A stretch of DNA of 64,000 bases from an uncultured Actinomycetota bacterium (GTDB taxonomy: Bacteria > Actinomycetota > Actinomycetes > UBA12327): the NCBI GenBank assembly GCA_963850215.1, contig CAWKKI010000006.1, forward strand, positions 137,061-201,060, written 5' to 3'. This document shows, piece after piece, positions 1 to 11,146 of the stretch. Numbering within the stretch: the first letter of the stretch is position 1; every line of letters begins with the position of its first letter. The notes beneath the pieces were generated by a model that was not told the DNA's origin, did not search any database, and worked only from the letters and a program-made list of their open reading frames with translations. The translations under genes were made by a program, and so were the position numbers.

Positions 1-709
1 ACACGACGATCCGCTCACGAGCCGGCCACGACTCTTGGATTCCATGCTGGCTGCGGTAGCGCTCAAGCCCTTCATCCACGCGATCCGCGACCCACAAGAG
101 AGCCAACTCGCGAAGTGCCGTCAGATTGCCGACGCGAAAGTAGTTCGACAGCGCCGCGTCCACCTTGTCCGACGCGTAGACGTTGCCGTGCGCAAGCCGT
201 CGACGCAGCGCCTCGGGCGCCATGTCGACGAGCTCGATCTGATCGGCTCGCCGAACCACGGCGTCCGGCACCGTCTCCTGCTGCGTGACGCCGGTGATGG
301 AGGTGACGACGTCGTTCAACGACTCAAGGTGCTGGATGTTCACGGTGGTAATGACGTCGATGCCGGCATCAAGGATCTGCTCGACGTCCTCCCACCTCTT
401 CTTGTGCGCTGAGCCGGGCACGTTGGTGTGAGCGAGCTCATCGATGAGGACGATGTGGGGGCGACGACGAAGGACTGCTTCGACATCCAGTTCAGTGAAT
501 TCGGAACCGCGGTAGGAGATCGTCGCGCGCGGCACCAGCTCAAGGCCCTCAAGCATCGCGGCCGTATGCGGCCGCCCGTGCGTCTCGACCACGCCGACAA
601 CCACATCGCCGCCGCGCTCGCGCCGTCGATGCCCCTCGCCGAGCATCGCGTAGGTCTTCCCGACGCCTGGCGCGGCGCCGAGATAGACCCGCAAGACTCC
701 TCGTGCCAT
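1..709 (-). CDS. kdpD: Sensor histidine kinase KdpD, N-terminal (KdpD/Usp-like) part. The gene continues beyond the window start.
   Basis: My translation of the minus strand from the ATG at 709 gives MARGVLRVYLGAAPGVGKTYAMLGEGHRRRERGGDVVVGVVETHGRPHTAAMLEGLELVP..., typical of the KdpD N-terminal domain. It lies immediately downstream of kdpC. It is absent from the ORF track because there is no stop inside the window. Confidence 0.85.
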   Translation of the reverse strand, partial: MARGVLRVYLGAAPGVGKTYAMLGEGHRRRERGGDVVVGVVETHGRPHTAAMLEGLELVPRATISYRGSEFTELDVEAVLRRRPHIVLIDELAHTNVPGSAHKKRWEDVEQILDAGIDVITTVNIQHLESLNDVVTSITGVTQQETVPDAVVRRADQIELVDMAPEALRRRLAHGNVYASDKVDAALSNYFRVGNLTALRELALLWVADRVDEGLERYRSQHGIQESWPARERIVV

Positions 710-730
710 GTCTGAGTCCTACCGCATCGC

Positions 731-1369
731 TTAGCTCTGGGGCGCCAAGGCCGCGAGCGCCAGGTTGAGTTCGAGCACGTTTACGTGGTCTGCGCCGAGA
801 AAGCCCAACGAACGACCCGTGATGTGCGCGGTCACCAAGGCCTTGACCTGACTCGTTGACAGCCCACGGGCGGCGGCCACTCGATTGACCTGGAGGTAGG
901 CGTTTGCGGGGCTGATGTCCGGGTCCAGACCCGAGGCTGATGCGGTGACTGCATCGGCCGGGACCTGTGATGGCTGCACCACGGAGCCGGGGATGCTGTC
1001 GAAGGCCGCGATGCTCAGCTTTCGTTGCTCGATCGCCTTGACCAACGTGGCATTGGATGGGCCGAGGTTCGAACCGCCCGAAGCCAAGCCGTCGTAGCCA
1101 TCGGCTCCTGCGGCCGACGGGCGCGGCTGGAACCACTGCGGCAACGGGTTGCCCTTGGCGTCGGTGAAGTTCTGACCAAGCAGCGCTGAGCCGACGTCCT
1201 GCCCGTTGCTCGCGACGAGCGAACCGTTCGCCTTGTGATGAAAGACGACTTGGCCGAATCCCGTCATCACCAAGGGATAGGCGAGGCCGAGCACCACGGT
1301 CATGACCAGCAGCATCCGAACGGCAGCGCCGTACTGACGCAGGGTGGCGCTGAACTTCATCCCACTCAC
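731..1369 (-). CDS. kdpC: Potassium-transporting ATPase subunit C
   Basis: 212-aa ORF with an N-terminal TM helix and KdpC-like sequence ([14 protein letters not shown]..., GSNLGPSN..., SASGLDP). It sits in kdpA-B-C-D order. Confidence 0.9.
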   Translation of the reverse strand: MSGMKFSATLRQYGAAVRMLLVMTVVLGLAYPLVMTGFGQVVFHHKANGSLVASNGQDVGSALLGQNFTDAKGNPLPQWFQPRPSAAGADGYDGLASGGSNLGPSNATLVKAIEQRKLSIAAFDSIPGSVVQPSQVPADAVTASASGLDPDISPANAYLQVNRVAAARGLSTSQVKALVTAHITGRSLGFLGADHVNVLELNLALAALAPQS

Positions 1370-3478
1370 CTCAGTCCAGGGATCAGGGAGACAACGAGGT
1401 CGATCAGCTTGATGCCGATGAACGGAGCGATCAGTCCACCGAGTCCGTAGACACCGAGATTGCGTCGAAGCATCTGGCTGGCCGAGCGCGGTCGGTATCG
1501 CACTCCGCGCAGCGCGAGCGGGATCAGCGCGATGATGATGAGCGCGTTGAAGATGATCGCGGACGTGATTGCCGACTCAGGGCTGTGCAGCCGCATGATG
1601 TTCAACGCGGCCAGACCCGGGTACACCGACACGAACATCGCCGGAATGATCGCGAAGTATTTGGCGACATCGTTCGCGATGGAAAACGTCGTCAGCGAGC
1701 CGCGCGTGATGAGTAGTTGCTTGCCGATCTCGACGATCTCGATGAGCTTGGTGGGGTTTGAGTCGAGATCGACCATGTTGCCGGCCTCTTTTGCGGCTGA
1801 TGTCCCTGTGTTCATGGCCACGCCGACATCGGCTTGGGCCAAGGCCGGGGCGTCGTTCGTACCGTCGCCGGTCATCGCGACGAGCTTTCCGCCCTCCTGC
1901 TCCGACTTGATCAGCGCCATCTTGTCCTCGGGAGTTGCCTCCGCTAGGAAGTCATCGACGCCGGCCTCCTCGGCGATCGCGCGTGCGGTCAGCGGGTTGT
2001 CGCCGGTGATCATCACTGTGCGGATGCCCATAGCCCGCAGTTCGTCGAATCGTTCGCGCATCCCGGACTTCACGACGTCCTTGAGGTGGATGACGCCGAG
2101 CACGCGGGCGTCGCCGTTGTGCGACTCGGCGACAACGAGCGGCGTGCCACCGGCGGCCGAGATTCCGTCGACGATGGGACCGACGGTTTCGTCGACCTCG
2201 CCTCCTTGGTCTCGCACCCAGGCCATGACCGAGGAGGTCGCGCCTTTGCGCACGCTGCGGACGCCGGCCGGTGTGTCGAGATCCACACCGCTCATACGCG
2301 TTTGCGCGGTGAAGGGAACAAAGGTCGCCTCGGCCAGCTCGCCGGGCTTGCGCTCGCGCAGCGCGTATCGCTCCTTGGCCAGGACAACGATCGAGCGACC
2401 CTCGGGCGTCTCGTCGGCGAGGCTGGACAGTTGGGCCGCGTCGGCAAGCGTGAGGTCATCGATGTCGCCTACGCGTATGAACTCGGCGGCCTGGCGGTTG
2501 CCCAGTGTGATGGTGCCCGTCTTGTCGAGCAGGAGAGTGTTCACGTCGCCCGCGGCCTCGACCGCGCGGCCCGACATGGCCAGCACGTTGCGTTGCGACC
2601 AGTCGGTCCATGCCAGCTATGCCGATTGCCGAGAGCAGGGCGCCAATGGTCGTGGGGATGAGGCAGACCAGCAGTGCGACCAGCACGATGATCGACTGCT
2701 CTGCTCCCGAGTAGATCGCCATCGGCTGCAAGGTCACGACGGCGAGCATGAAGATGATGGTGAGACTGGCAAGCAGGATGTTCAGCGCGATCTCGTTCGG
2801 CGTCTTCTGCCGCGATGCGCCTTCGACCAAAGCGATCATCCGGTCGATGAAGGTCTCACCGGGCTTCGACGTGATCTGCACGACGATCCGATCCGAGAGC
2901 ACCTTCGTGCCACCGGTCACCGATGAGCGGTCACCGCCGGACTCGCGGATCACTGGCGCCGACTCGCCGGTGATGGCGGATTCGTCGACGCTGGCGACTC
3001 CTTCGACGACGTCGCCGTCGCCTGGAATCGTTTGGCCAGCCTCAACGATCACTACATCGCCGAGGGTCAGGGACGCGGCCGGCACCTCGGTGATCTGCAA
3101 CGACTCATCAGGTGCGCCAGTCACCCAACCGGTCGCCTTGCGTGCCATCGTCTCCGAGCGGGTGCGCCGCAACGTGTCCGCCTGTGCCTTGCCACGCCCC
3201 TCGGCCACGGCCTCGGCCATGTTCGCGAAAAGCGTGGTGAGCCAAAGCCACACAGCGATGACCCACGCGAAGACGGTGGGGTCCTTGATCGCGAGGATCG
3301 TCGCCAGCACTGAGCCGATCTCGACAATGAACATCACGGGGTTATGCACCATCGTGCGTGGGTCGAGCTTGCGAGCCGCACTCGGAATCGAGGTCAGCAT
3401 GGCCTTCGGGTCGAGGACGCCAGCGGACACCCGGTGGATCCCGTCCGGGTCGTGCGGCGCCATTGTTGCGGTGGCCAT
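1366..3478 (-). pseudogene. kdpB: Potassium-transporting ATPase subunit B (P-type ATPase). The frame is broken by a 1-nt indel near 2590-2600 (possible sequencing error).
   Basis: Two overlapping ORFs (2456..3478 and 1366..2586) give the N- and C-terminal halves of KdpB ([42 protein letters not shown]). The junction ...GMDRLV|[13 protein letters not shown] is restored by removing one base in ctggtcGcaacgcaacgtg. Confidence 0.85.
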
Positions 3479-5139
3479 CAGTGGACTCCTTCTGCGAGAG
3501 GTCCGAGTGCGAGTGCAGGGAAGTACGTCAGTGCGACCACAATGAGAATCACGCCGACGAGCAGGCCGACGAAGAGGGGGCGATGCGTCGGCAGGGTTCC
3601 TTCAGTCACGGGTACTGGCTGCTGGGACGCGAGCGAACCAGCGAGCGCGAGGGCGAAGATCATCGGAACGAAGCGAGCGAACAACATGGCGAGTCCGAGC
3701 CCGATGTTGTAAAAGTTGGTATCCGCGGACAGCCCAGCAAAAGCAGAGCCGTTGTTGTTTGACGCCGACGTGAAGGCGTAGAGGATCTCGGACAGACCAT
3801 GCGGTCCCGGGTTGAGAATCGAAGCGCGCGCCCCGGGAGTGGCAAGGGCCACTCCCGCGCCGATCAGGACGCATGCGGGCGTTGCGAGTATGTAGAGCGA
3901 CGCGAGCTTCATCTCGCGGGCTCGAATCTTCTTGCCCAAATACTCCGGTGTTCGTCCGACCATCAGACCGGCAACGAAGACCGCAACGATCGCGAGGACC
4001 AAGATGCCGTACAAACCCGAACCGACTCCGCCAGGGGCGACCTCGCCGGTCATCATGTCGAACATCACGATGCCGCCGCCGATGGCCGTGTAGGAGTCGT
4101 GCATGGAATCGACTGAGCCGGTGGAGGTCAAGGTCGTAGATGAGGCGAAGAGGGTTGATGCCGGGATGCCGTTTCGGACCTCCTTGCCCTCCATCGCACT
4201 TCCGGCGGCCTGCGGCGCCGGTCCGTGGTGCATCTCCTCGGCGAGCGTCACGCCACCGACCGAGACGGCCCAGATCAGGACCATCGCGGTGAGGATCGCG
4301 TAGCCCTGGCGGTTGTCGCCGACCATGCGGCCGAACGCGCGCGGCAAGCTGAAGGCAATGAGAAGCAGAAGGTAGATCTCGAGGAGGTTGGTCCACGCCG
4401 TCGGGTTCTCGAACGGATGGGATGAGTTCGCGTTGTAGGGACCACCGCCGTTGGTACCGATCTCCTTGATCGCCTCTTGGCTCGCGATCGCACCGCCGGG
4501 GATTGACTGGTGCATGCCGGCGAGCGTCGTGACGGTCGTCGTGTCATGCAGGTTCTGCACCACACCACCGGCGATGAGGACGACAGCTGCGACAATGGCG
4601 ATGGGGAGCAGGACGCGCAGGATGCCGCGGGTGAGATCGACCCAGAAGTTGCCAAGCCGGTTTGTCTTGCTGCGCGTGAAACCGCGAATGAGTGCGACTG
4701 CCACTGCGATTCCGACTGCGGCCGAGGCGAAGTTCTGGACGGCAAGGCCGGCCATCTGCACGAGGTAGCCCATGGTGGACTCGCCGCTATAGGCCTGCCA
4801 GTTCGTGTTGGTCACGAAGGATGCCGCTGTGTTCCACGCCAGCGCGGGGGAGACACCGCCGTATCCGAGGCTCAGCCACAGGTGCTCCTGCACTCGCTGG
4901 AAGAGATACAGGAAGAGCAACGAAACCGCGGAGAACGCCAGCAGGCTGCGCAGGTAGACCGGCCAGGTCTGTTCGGAGTCGGGGTCGACGCCCACCACGC
5001 GGTACCAGACTCGCTCTACCCGCCAGTGCTTCGCGGTCGTGAACACACGCGCCATGTAGTCGCCGAACGGTCGGTAACTCAGCGCGAGCGCGAGTACCAA
5101 AAGACCGAACTGCAGCGTGGCTGCCAACCAGCCGGGCAT
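3478..5139 (-). CDS. kdpA: Potassium-transporting ATPase subunit A
   Basis: 553-aa polytopic membrane protein with KdpA-like sequence throughout. Its start overlaps the kdpF stop (ATGA). Confidence 0.95.
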   Translation of the reverse strand: MPGWLAATLQFGLLVLALALSYRPFGDYMARVFTTAKHWRVERVWYRVVGVDPDSEQTWPVYLRSLLAFSAVSLLFLYLFQRVQEHLWLSLGYGGVSPALAWNTAASFVTNTNWQAYSGESTMGYLVQMAGLAVQNFASAAVGIAVAVALIRGFTRSKTNRLGNFWVDLTRGILRVLLPIAIVAAVVLIAGGVVQNLHDTTTVTTLAGMHQSIPGGAIASQEAIKEIGTNGGGPYNANSSHPFENPTAWTNLLEIYLLLLIAFSLPRAFGRMVGDNRQGYAILTAMVLIWAVSVGGVTLAEEMHHGPAPQAAGSAMEGKEVRNGIPASTLFASSTTLTSTGSVDSMHDSYTAIGGGIVMFDMMTGEVAPGGVGSGLYGILVLAIVAVFVAGLMVGRTPEYLGKKIRAREMKLASLYILATPACVLIGAGVALATPGARASILNPGPHGLSEILYAFTSASNNNGSAFAGLSADTNFYNIGLGLAMLFARFVPMIFALALAGSLASQQPVPVTEGTLPTHRPLFVGLLVGVILIVVALTYFPALALGPLAEGVH

Positions 5140-5228
5140 CAGAATCGCTCCGGCCAGATGAGCGCGATCACCAGATAGACGACGAGCGCGGCAGCGATCA
5201 CCAGCGCGGCGATGTTCTCCCCGCTCAC
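5139..5228 (-). CDS. kdpF: Potassium-transporting ATPase subunit F (29-aa hydrophobic peptide)
   Basis: GTG-start small ORF reading [28 protein letters not shown], closely matching actinobacterial KdpF. Its stop overlaps the kdpA start. Confidence 0.7.
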   Translation of the reverse strand: MSGENIAALVIAAALVVYLVIALIWPERF

Positions 5229-5308
5229 AGCTTCTCGATCCCCTTCGCGATTGCGGCGAGCAGCCCGAAGACCACCACTGTCAGTGCCACGAAGGCCAGA
5301 TCAGCCAT
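5225..5308 (-). CDS. Second small hydrophobic peptide (27 aa) directly upstream of kdpF, a possible KdpF paralog or small membrane peptide.
   Basis: My translation gives [27 protein letters not shown]. Its stop overlaps the kdpF start. This is a tentative call. Confidence 0.35.
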   Translation of the reverse strand: MADLAFVALTVVVFGLLAAIAKGIEKL

Positions 5309-5476
5309 TTCGCACCCCCAGATCTCTGCCGGATGCCTGCGCCGGCTTCGTCACCCACGAGCACACACCCGGGGCCAGGTAGCAGTTGCCGTCATGACGA
5401 GTCCTTAGCGCGCTGACCTGCCGCCTTGACGCGATCTTGACGGTCAAGGGGTCGAACGGGTCAAGAGAGGGCGGGT

Positions 5477-7597
5477 TTGGCCCGATATCTCGCCGAGAGG
5501 ACCCAAGAGCCCTTGGGTCTGCCCTGCCACGCGGGAGGTTGCGTGCCTACTTCAGGACGCCCGTCCCTGGCGCGGTTCTCGCTGTTCGCCGTGACCTGGC
5601 ACATCTGTGTGTGGGGTGGCTGGGCCCTGGTCGCTTACTGCCTGATCAACCTCAACCTCCACTCGGTCGAGATGCCAGGCGCCCTGATCCTGATCGCCGC
5701 GCTGCTCCTGCTGGGCGAGCTTCGTCCGGTTGTGGCCGCCGGTCGTGACCCGTACGGCGTGCCGGTGTCATCGGCCTTCGTATTCGCGATCCTGTTCCTC
5801 TGGGGCCTGTTCCCGGCCATCATCTTGCAGGCGCTGGCGACGGCGATCGCGGAGGTCACCCGCGGCAAGCCGCTGTGGAAGCTGCTCTTCAATGTCGGGC
5901 AGTACTGCCTCAGCGTTGGCGGCGCGTGGCTGGTGATGTTGGCGTTCAACATCCATCCGACCATGAGCGATCCGCTGATCAATCTGCGCGGTCACGACAT
6001 CGTCTGGATCGTCCCGGCGTGGGTCGTCTACTTCGTTCTCAACGATGCCTTTGTGGCAGGTGTCTCCGCAGACACCACGCAGTCCTTTGTCGAGTCGTTC
6101 TTCGACGACTTCTGGTACTACGTCGTCTCGACGTTTGCGGTGCTCGGGCTCTCGCCACTTGTCGTCATCGTGACTCTCGAGGCGTGGCCGCTGATCCCGC
6201 TGCTGCTGCTGCCGATGTTTGCGGTCTACAAGACCGCCTCGATCTCACGGGAGAAGGAACACCAGTCACTGCACGACTCGTTGACCGGACTGCCCAACCG
6301 CAAGCTGCTGATCGAACGCCTCGGACATGCACTGGAAGAGGCACAGCGATCGGGCGACCACGTTGCCTTGTTCCTGCTCGACCTCGACCGCTTCAAAGAG
6401 GTCAACGACACTCTCGGCCACCACGTCGGGGACCGGCTGCTCGAGCTGGTTGCCTCGCGCATCACGAGTGCTGTCCGGCCGGATGACACGGTGGCACGAC
6501 TTGGCGGTGACGAGTTTGCTGTCCTGCTGCCGACTGTGCGCGATGTCGTCGCAGCTGTGGAGGTCGCGGGCCGAGTGCGTTCGGCGCTGTCGGCTCCGTT
6601 CCACCTAGAGGGCATGCTGCTCGAACTTGAAGGCAGCATCGGCATCGCGTTGAGTCCCGAGCACGGACGTGATGGCGATGAGCTCATGCGCGGCGCCGAC
6701 GTCGCGATGTACATCGCGAAGGAAGAGCGCACTGGCATCGAGGCCTATCGTCCCGACCGCGACCGCAACAGCGCGAGCCGACTCGGCACGCTCGGTGCGT
6801 TGCGCCGGGCGATTGACAACGGCGAGCTTGAGCTGCACTACCAACCACAAGTTGCGATCGACACCAACGAGGTAGTTGGCGTGGAGGCGCTCGTGCGCTG
6901 GCGTCACCCGGAGCGCGGTCTGGTGATGCCCGACGACTTCATCCCGATGGCCGAGACCTCGGGCTTGATGCACAAGCTCACGGAGTACGTGATTGACGCA
7001 GCGCTGGCGCAAGTCGCCGATTGGGATCGTCTTGGGATTGCGGTGCCGGTCGCAGTCAACGTGTCGATGCGTGACCTGCATGGTGTGACTCTGGCGGAAA
7101 CAGTTGAGCGCTCGTTGGAGCGTCACGGCGTCTCCGCCGAGCTGTTGCAGATGGAGATCACCGAACGCGTCCTGGTGATTGAGCCTGGTCGTACGTCGGA
7201 GACGCTGGCTGCGCTAGAAGGTCTCGGCGTGCGGCTATCGCTCGACGACTTCGGTACCGGCTACTCGTCGCTCGTCATGCTGAAGCGACTGCCGGTACGT
7301 GAGGTGAAGATCGACCAGTCCTTCGTGCGCCGTCTCGGTGATGTCGATGAGGACGCGTCGATCGTTCGCTCCATCGTTGATCTGTCGCATGCGCTCGGGC
7401 TGAACTCTGTGGCCGAGGGCGTTGAGACGGTTGCGGCGTGGGAGCGATTGCGCGAGATGGGCTGTGACTGCGCGCAGGGCTGGTTCATTGCGCGGCCGAT
7501 GCCGTCCGATGCCGCTACCGCGTGGTTGCTCGAACGAGAGACCCAACGGCGACCATTGCGCGTGCTGAACGGTGGCGCGGGAGCCACCCGACCCTGA
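5477..7597 (+). CDS. Membrane-anchored diguanylate cyclase/phosphodiesterase (N-terminal multi-TM sensor domain, GGDEF and EAL domains). The start codon is uncertain.
   Basis: 706-aa ORF. The N-terminus has several hydrophobic helices. The GGDEF motif is RLGGDEFAVLL, and EAL-domain motifs (EALVRWRHPERG, DDFGTGYSSL) are present. Confidence 0.9.
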   Translation: MARYLAERTQEPLGLPCHAGGCVPTSGRPSLARFSLFAVTWHICVWGGWALVAYCLINLNLHSVEMPGALILIAALLLLGELRPVVAAGRDPYGVPVSSAFVFAILFLWGLFPAIILQALATAIAEVTRGKPLWKLLFNVGQYCLSVGGAWLVMLAFNIHPTMSDPLINLRGHDIVWIVPAWVVYFVLNDAFVAGVSADTTQSFVESFFDDFWYYVVSTFAVLGLSPLVVIVTLEAWPLIPLLLLPMFAVYKTASISREKEHQSLHDSLTGLPNRKLLIERLGHALEEAQRSGDHVALFLLDLDRFKEVNDTLGHHVGDRLLELVASRITSAVRPDDTVARLGGDEFAVLLPTVRDVVAAVEVAGRVRSALSAPFHLEGMLLELEGSIGIALSPEHGRDGDELMRGADVAMYIAKEERTGIEAYRPDRDRNSASRLGTLGALRRAIDNGELELHYQPQVAIDTNEVVGVEALVRWRHPERGLVMPDDFIPMAETSGLMHKLTEYVIDAALAQVADWDRLGIAVPVAVNVSMRDLHGVTLAETVERSLERHGVSAELLQMEITERVLVIEPGRTSETLAALEGLGVRLSLDDFGTGYSSLVMLKRLPVREVKIDQSFVRRLGDVDEDASIVRSIVDLSHALGLNSVAEGVETVAAWERLREMGCDCAQGWFIARPMPSDAATAWLLERETQRRPLRVLNGGAGATRP

Positions 7598-7646
7598 TCG
7601 TTCGCCGCCCTAGGATGGCCACACCGCCGATCCTTGGGAGTTTGTT

Positions 7647-7940
7647 GTGGCGATCACACGCGCAGAGGTCGAACACCTCGCGCGGCTGGCCCGGCTGGAC
7701 CTGCCACCCGAGAGCCTGGACGCGTTTGCGCAGCAGCTCGGCGTCATCGTCGAGTCGGTCGCGGTGGTCACGCAGGTCGCCTCTGACGATGTGCCGCCGA
7801 CCTCGCACCCGCTTCCTTTGGTGAACGTGTGGCGCGAGGACGTCGTCACCCCGTGCCTCGACCGTGATGAGGTTCTCGCGGCCGCTCCGGCGGCTGAGGA
7901 CGGTCGCTTCCGTGTCCCTCGCATCCTCGACGAAGAGTGA
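7647..7940 (+). CDS. gatC: Asp-tRNA(Asn)/Glu-tRNA(Gln) amidotransferase subunit C
   Basis: 97-aa ORF ([24 protein letters not shown]...) with a GTG start after a GGGAG RBS. It is immediately upstream of gatA. Confidence 0.9.
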   Translation: MAITRAEVEHLARLARLDLPPESLDAFAQQLGVIVESVAVVTQVASDDVPPTSHPLPLVNVWREDVVTPCLDRDEVLAAAPAAEDGRFRVPRILDEE

Positions 7941-9451
7941 GCGGGCTGATGAGCGCTCCAAGCGATCTCACACGCGCCTCGGCTGTCGAGCTCGTCTCGC
8001 TGGTGACGACCGGTGAGGTGTCCGCGGTCGAGGTTGCGCAGGCGCATCTCGACCGGATCGAGAAGGTCGACTCATCGGTCCGAGCCTTCTTGCACGTCGA
8101 CGCCGAGGGCGCACGTGCCGCAGCACGTGCTGTGGACTCGGCCCGAGCGGCGGGGGAGACCCTCGGTCCGCTCGCTGGCGTGCCCGTGGCGGTCAAGGAC
8201 CTGCTCACGATGCGCGGGCTGCCGACGACATGCGGTTCGCGAATCCTTGATGGGTGGCGGCCGCCCTACGACGCCGAGGTCGTGCGCCGGCTGCGCGAAG
8301 CCGGGGCGACGCTCGTGGGCAAGACCAACATGGACGAGTTCGCGATGGGCTCGTCGACCGAGAACTCGGCATTTGGCCCGACCTCGAATCCATGGGACCT
8401 CACGCGCGTGCCGGGTGGGTCGAGTGGCGGATCGGCGGCCGCGGTCGCCGCGTTCGAAACGCCCCTGGCCCTCGGCACCGACACCGGCGGCTCGATCCGG
8501 CAGCCCGCCGCCGTCACCGGCATCGTTGGGGGCAAGCCGACGTATGGCACCGTCTCGCGGCGCGGTCTGGTCGCCTTCTCCTCGTCGCTGGACCAGGCCG
8601 GTCCCTTTGCGCGCAACGTGGCCGATGCCGCGCTGCTCTATTCGGTAATCGCGGGACATGATGCCGGCGACTCGACCTCGGTGGATCGCGACCCGCCCGA
8701 TGCGGTCGCGGCCGCGCGGGCAGCAGACGTGTCTGGCATGCGCATTGGTGTCGTCACTGACCTCGCGGGTGAGGGCTACCAGCCCGGCGTCGTGCAACGG
8801 GTTCGCGAGGCAGTCGATCTGCTCGCGTCGCTCGGTGCTGATGTGGTCGAGGTGTCGTGTCCGTCCTTCTCGTACGCGCTGCCCGCGTACTACTTGATCG
8901 CGCCGAGTGAGGCGTCGAGCAATCTCGCCCGCTTCGACGGCATGCGTTACGGCTTGCGAGTCGGGGACGACGGTTCGAACTCTGCCGAGCAGGTGATGGC
9001 GAAGACGCGGGCCGAGGGCTTCGGCAAGGAAGTGATTCGCCGGATCATGCTTGGGACCTTCGCGCTGTCCAGCGGCTACTACGACGCGTATTACGGTCAG
9101 GCGCAGAAGGTGCGCACCCTGATCATTCGTGATTTCGAACGCGCGTACGCGGACTGCGACGTGCTCGTGTCCCCGACGACCCCGACGACGGCCTTTCCGA
9201 TCGGCGAACGGTCCGAGAACCCGATCTCGATGTACGCCGCCGACTTGTGCACAGTCCCGACGTCGCTGGCCGGGGGTGCAGCGATCTCGGTGCCGGTCGG
9301 CCTCTCGCCGGACGACTCGATGCCAGTGGGCATGCAGGTGATGGCCCCGGCCTTTGCCGACGATCGGGTCTATCGAGTCGCCGCTGCGCTTGAGGCCGCG
9401 CAGGACGAGCGGCGAGGACACGCACTGCTTGAGGAGGCTCCAGCGCTATGA
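7937..9451 (+). CDS. gatA: Glutamyl-tRNA(Gln) amidotransferase subunit A
   Basis: 504 aa with an amidase signature region ([13 protein letters not shown]...). It overlaps the gatC stop and the gatB start. Confidence 0.95.
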   Translation: MSGLMSAPSDLTRASAVELVSLVTTGEVSAVEVAQAHLDRIEKVDSSVRAFLHVDAEGARAAARAVDSARAAGETLGPLAGVPVAVKDLLTMRGLPTTCGSRILDGWRPPYDAEVVRRLREAGATLVGKTNMDEFAMGSSTENSAFGPTSNPWDLTRVPGGSSGGSAAAVAAFETPLALGTDTGGSIRQPAAVTGIVGGKPTYGTVSRRGLVAFSSSLDQAGPFARNVADAALLYSVIAGHDAGDSTSVDRDPPDAVAAARAADVSGMRIGVVTDLAGEGYQPGVVQRVREAVDLLASLGADVVEVSCPSFSYALPAYYLIAPSEASSNLARFDGMRYGLRVGDDGSNSAEQVMAKTRAEGFGKEVIRRIMLGTFALSSGYYDAYYGQAQKVRTLIIRDFERAYADCDVLVSPTTPTTAFPIGERSENPISMYAADLCTVPTSLAGGAAISVPVGLSPDDSMPVGMQVMAPAFADDRVYRVAAALEAAQDERRGHALLEEAPAL

Positions 9452-10979
9452 CGACTGTGACTGCGGGCGCTGCCACGAAGGTCGTCGACTACGACGACGC
9501 GGTCGCGCGCTACGAGCCCGTGCTCGGCCTCGAGGTCCACGTCGAACTGGGCACAGCGTCGAAGATGTTCTGCGGTTGCTCAACGGTCTTCGGTGCGGAG
9601 CCGAACACTCAGGTGTGTCCGGTGTGCCTCGGGCTGCCTGGTTCGCTGCCGGTGGTCAATCGCGTCGCCGTCGAGTCCGCGATCAAGGTCGGGCTCGCGC
9701 TGAATTGCTCGATCGCCCCGTGGGGTCGGTTCGCGCGCAAGAACTACTTCTACCCGGACATGCCGAAGGACTTTCAGATCTCGCAGTACGACGAGCCGAT
9801 CTGTGTCAACGGCTGGCTCGATGTCGACGTCGATGGTCCCGACGGTCCGACCGTGGTGCGGGTCGAGATCGAGCGCGTGCATATGGAGGAGGACACCGGC
9901 AAGTCGCTGCACGTGGGTGGCGCTACTGGGCGCATCCACGGAGCGGAGTACTCGCTGGTCGACTACAACCGCGCTGGGATCCCGCTCATCGAGATCGTGA
10001 CGAAGCCGGTGCCGGGTACGGGTTCGTTGGCGCCCGAGGTGGCGCGCGCGTATGTGACCGAGCTGCGTGAGCTGGTGCGCTCGTTGGGCGTCTCTGACGT
10101 GCGTATGCAGGAGGGGTCGCTGCGCTGCGATGCCAACGTGTCGATCGCGCTTCCTGGCGCCGAGTGGGGCAAGCGCACCGAGACGAAGAACGTGAACTCG
10201 TTGCGCAGCATCGAGCGCGCGGTGCGTTATGAGATCACTCGGCAGGCCGCTGTGCTCGACGCCGGCGATCGTGTCACTCAGGAGACGCGCCACTTCAACG
10301 AGGCTGATGGCACGACCAGTTCGGGTCGGTCGAAGGAGCAGGCGGAGGACTACCGCTACTTCCCGGAGCCGGATCTGGTGCCGCTTGCGCCATCTCTTGA
10401 ATGGGTCGAGGAGCTGCGCGCCGGGTCTGCCGGAGCAGCCGCGCGAGCGACGCCTGCGCTTGCAAGAGGCGTGGGGGATCAGCGAGTTCGACATGGCCGT
10501 CGGTGCTCAATGCGGGCGCGCTCGATGTGGTCGAACGAACCGTGGATCTGGGCGTCGATCAGGCCGCCGCGCGCAAGTGGTGGCTCGGCGAGATCGCGCG
10601 CCGCGCAAACAACGACGGCGTCGACATCGACGCATTGGTCGTGACACCCGAGCACGTGGCGCGGCTGCAGGCGCTCGTTGATGAAGGACGACTCAACGAT
10701 TCACTGGCCCGGCAGGTGCTTGGCGGAGTGCTGGACGGCGAGGGCACGCCCGACGAGGTTGCTGATGCGCGCGGCCTGCAGGTCGTGTCGGACTCGGGTG
10801 CGTTGGATGCCGCAGTTGCTGCGGCGATCGAGGCGGACCCGGATGCTGCCGAGAAGGTGCGTGGCGGGAAGGTCGCTGCGGTCGGGGCACTCGTCGGCGC
10901 AGTCATGAAGGCGACCGGTGGACAGGCTGATGCCGCGACCGTGCGCGCCAAGTTGCTCGAGGCCCTCGGTCAGGCGTAG
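9448..10979 (+). pseudogene. gatB: Asp-tRNA(Asn)/Glu-tRNA(Gln) amidotransferase subunit B, with two 1-nt insertions about 75 bp apart (near 10425 and 10497). Possible sequencing errors.
   Basis: Frame 1 encodes residues 1 to about 325 (…[26 protein letters not shown]). The next frame gives [24 protein letters not shown]. The third frame gives [19 protein letters not shown]... through to the stop at 10979. Each junction is fixed by deleting one G or C in a short homopolymer. Confidence 0.9.
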
Positions 10980-11146
10980 TTCGATCACGTGTGCTCGGCG
11001 ACGGTGCCGTTCTGGGCGTAGCCTCCCCGCCGTGACAACATCTGACATCGAATGTTGTGACGCCAGATGGTCGAACTTTTGTGTGTCGAGTCGGCTTCAC
11101 GGATTCGGGCCATCAGCAAGGTCGCGGCCGCCTACCCTCAGCGCTT

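Noticed and set aside
35-1136. ORFs 35..412(+), 340..606(-), 549..1136(-)
   Set aside because: They are out of frame with or antisense to the clear kdpD and kdpC reading frames. The composition is Arg/Pro-rich junk.
1460-2926. 488-aa ORF on the plus strand
   Set aside because: It is antisense to kdpB, Ala/Ser/Arg-rich with no motifs. Long spurious antisense ORFs are typical in 70% GC DNA.
8072-9421. 449-aa minus-strand ORF
   Set aside because: It is antisense to gatA.
10229-10681. 150-aa ORF within gatB
   Set aside because: It is not an independent gene. It is the middle frame of the doubly frameshifted gatB.
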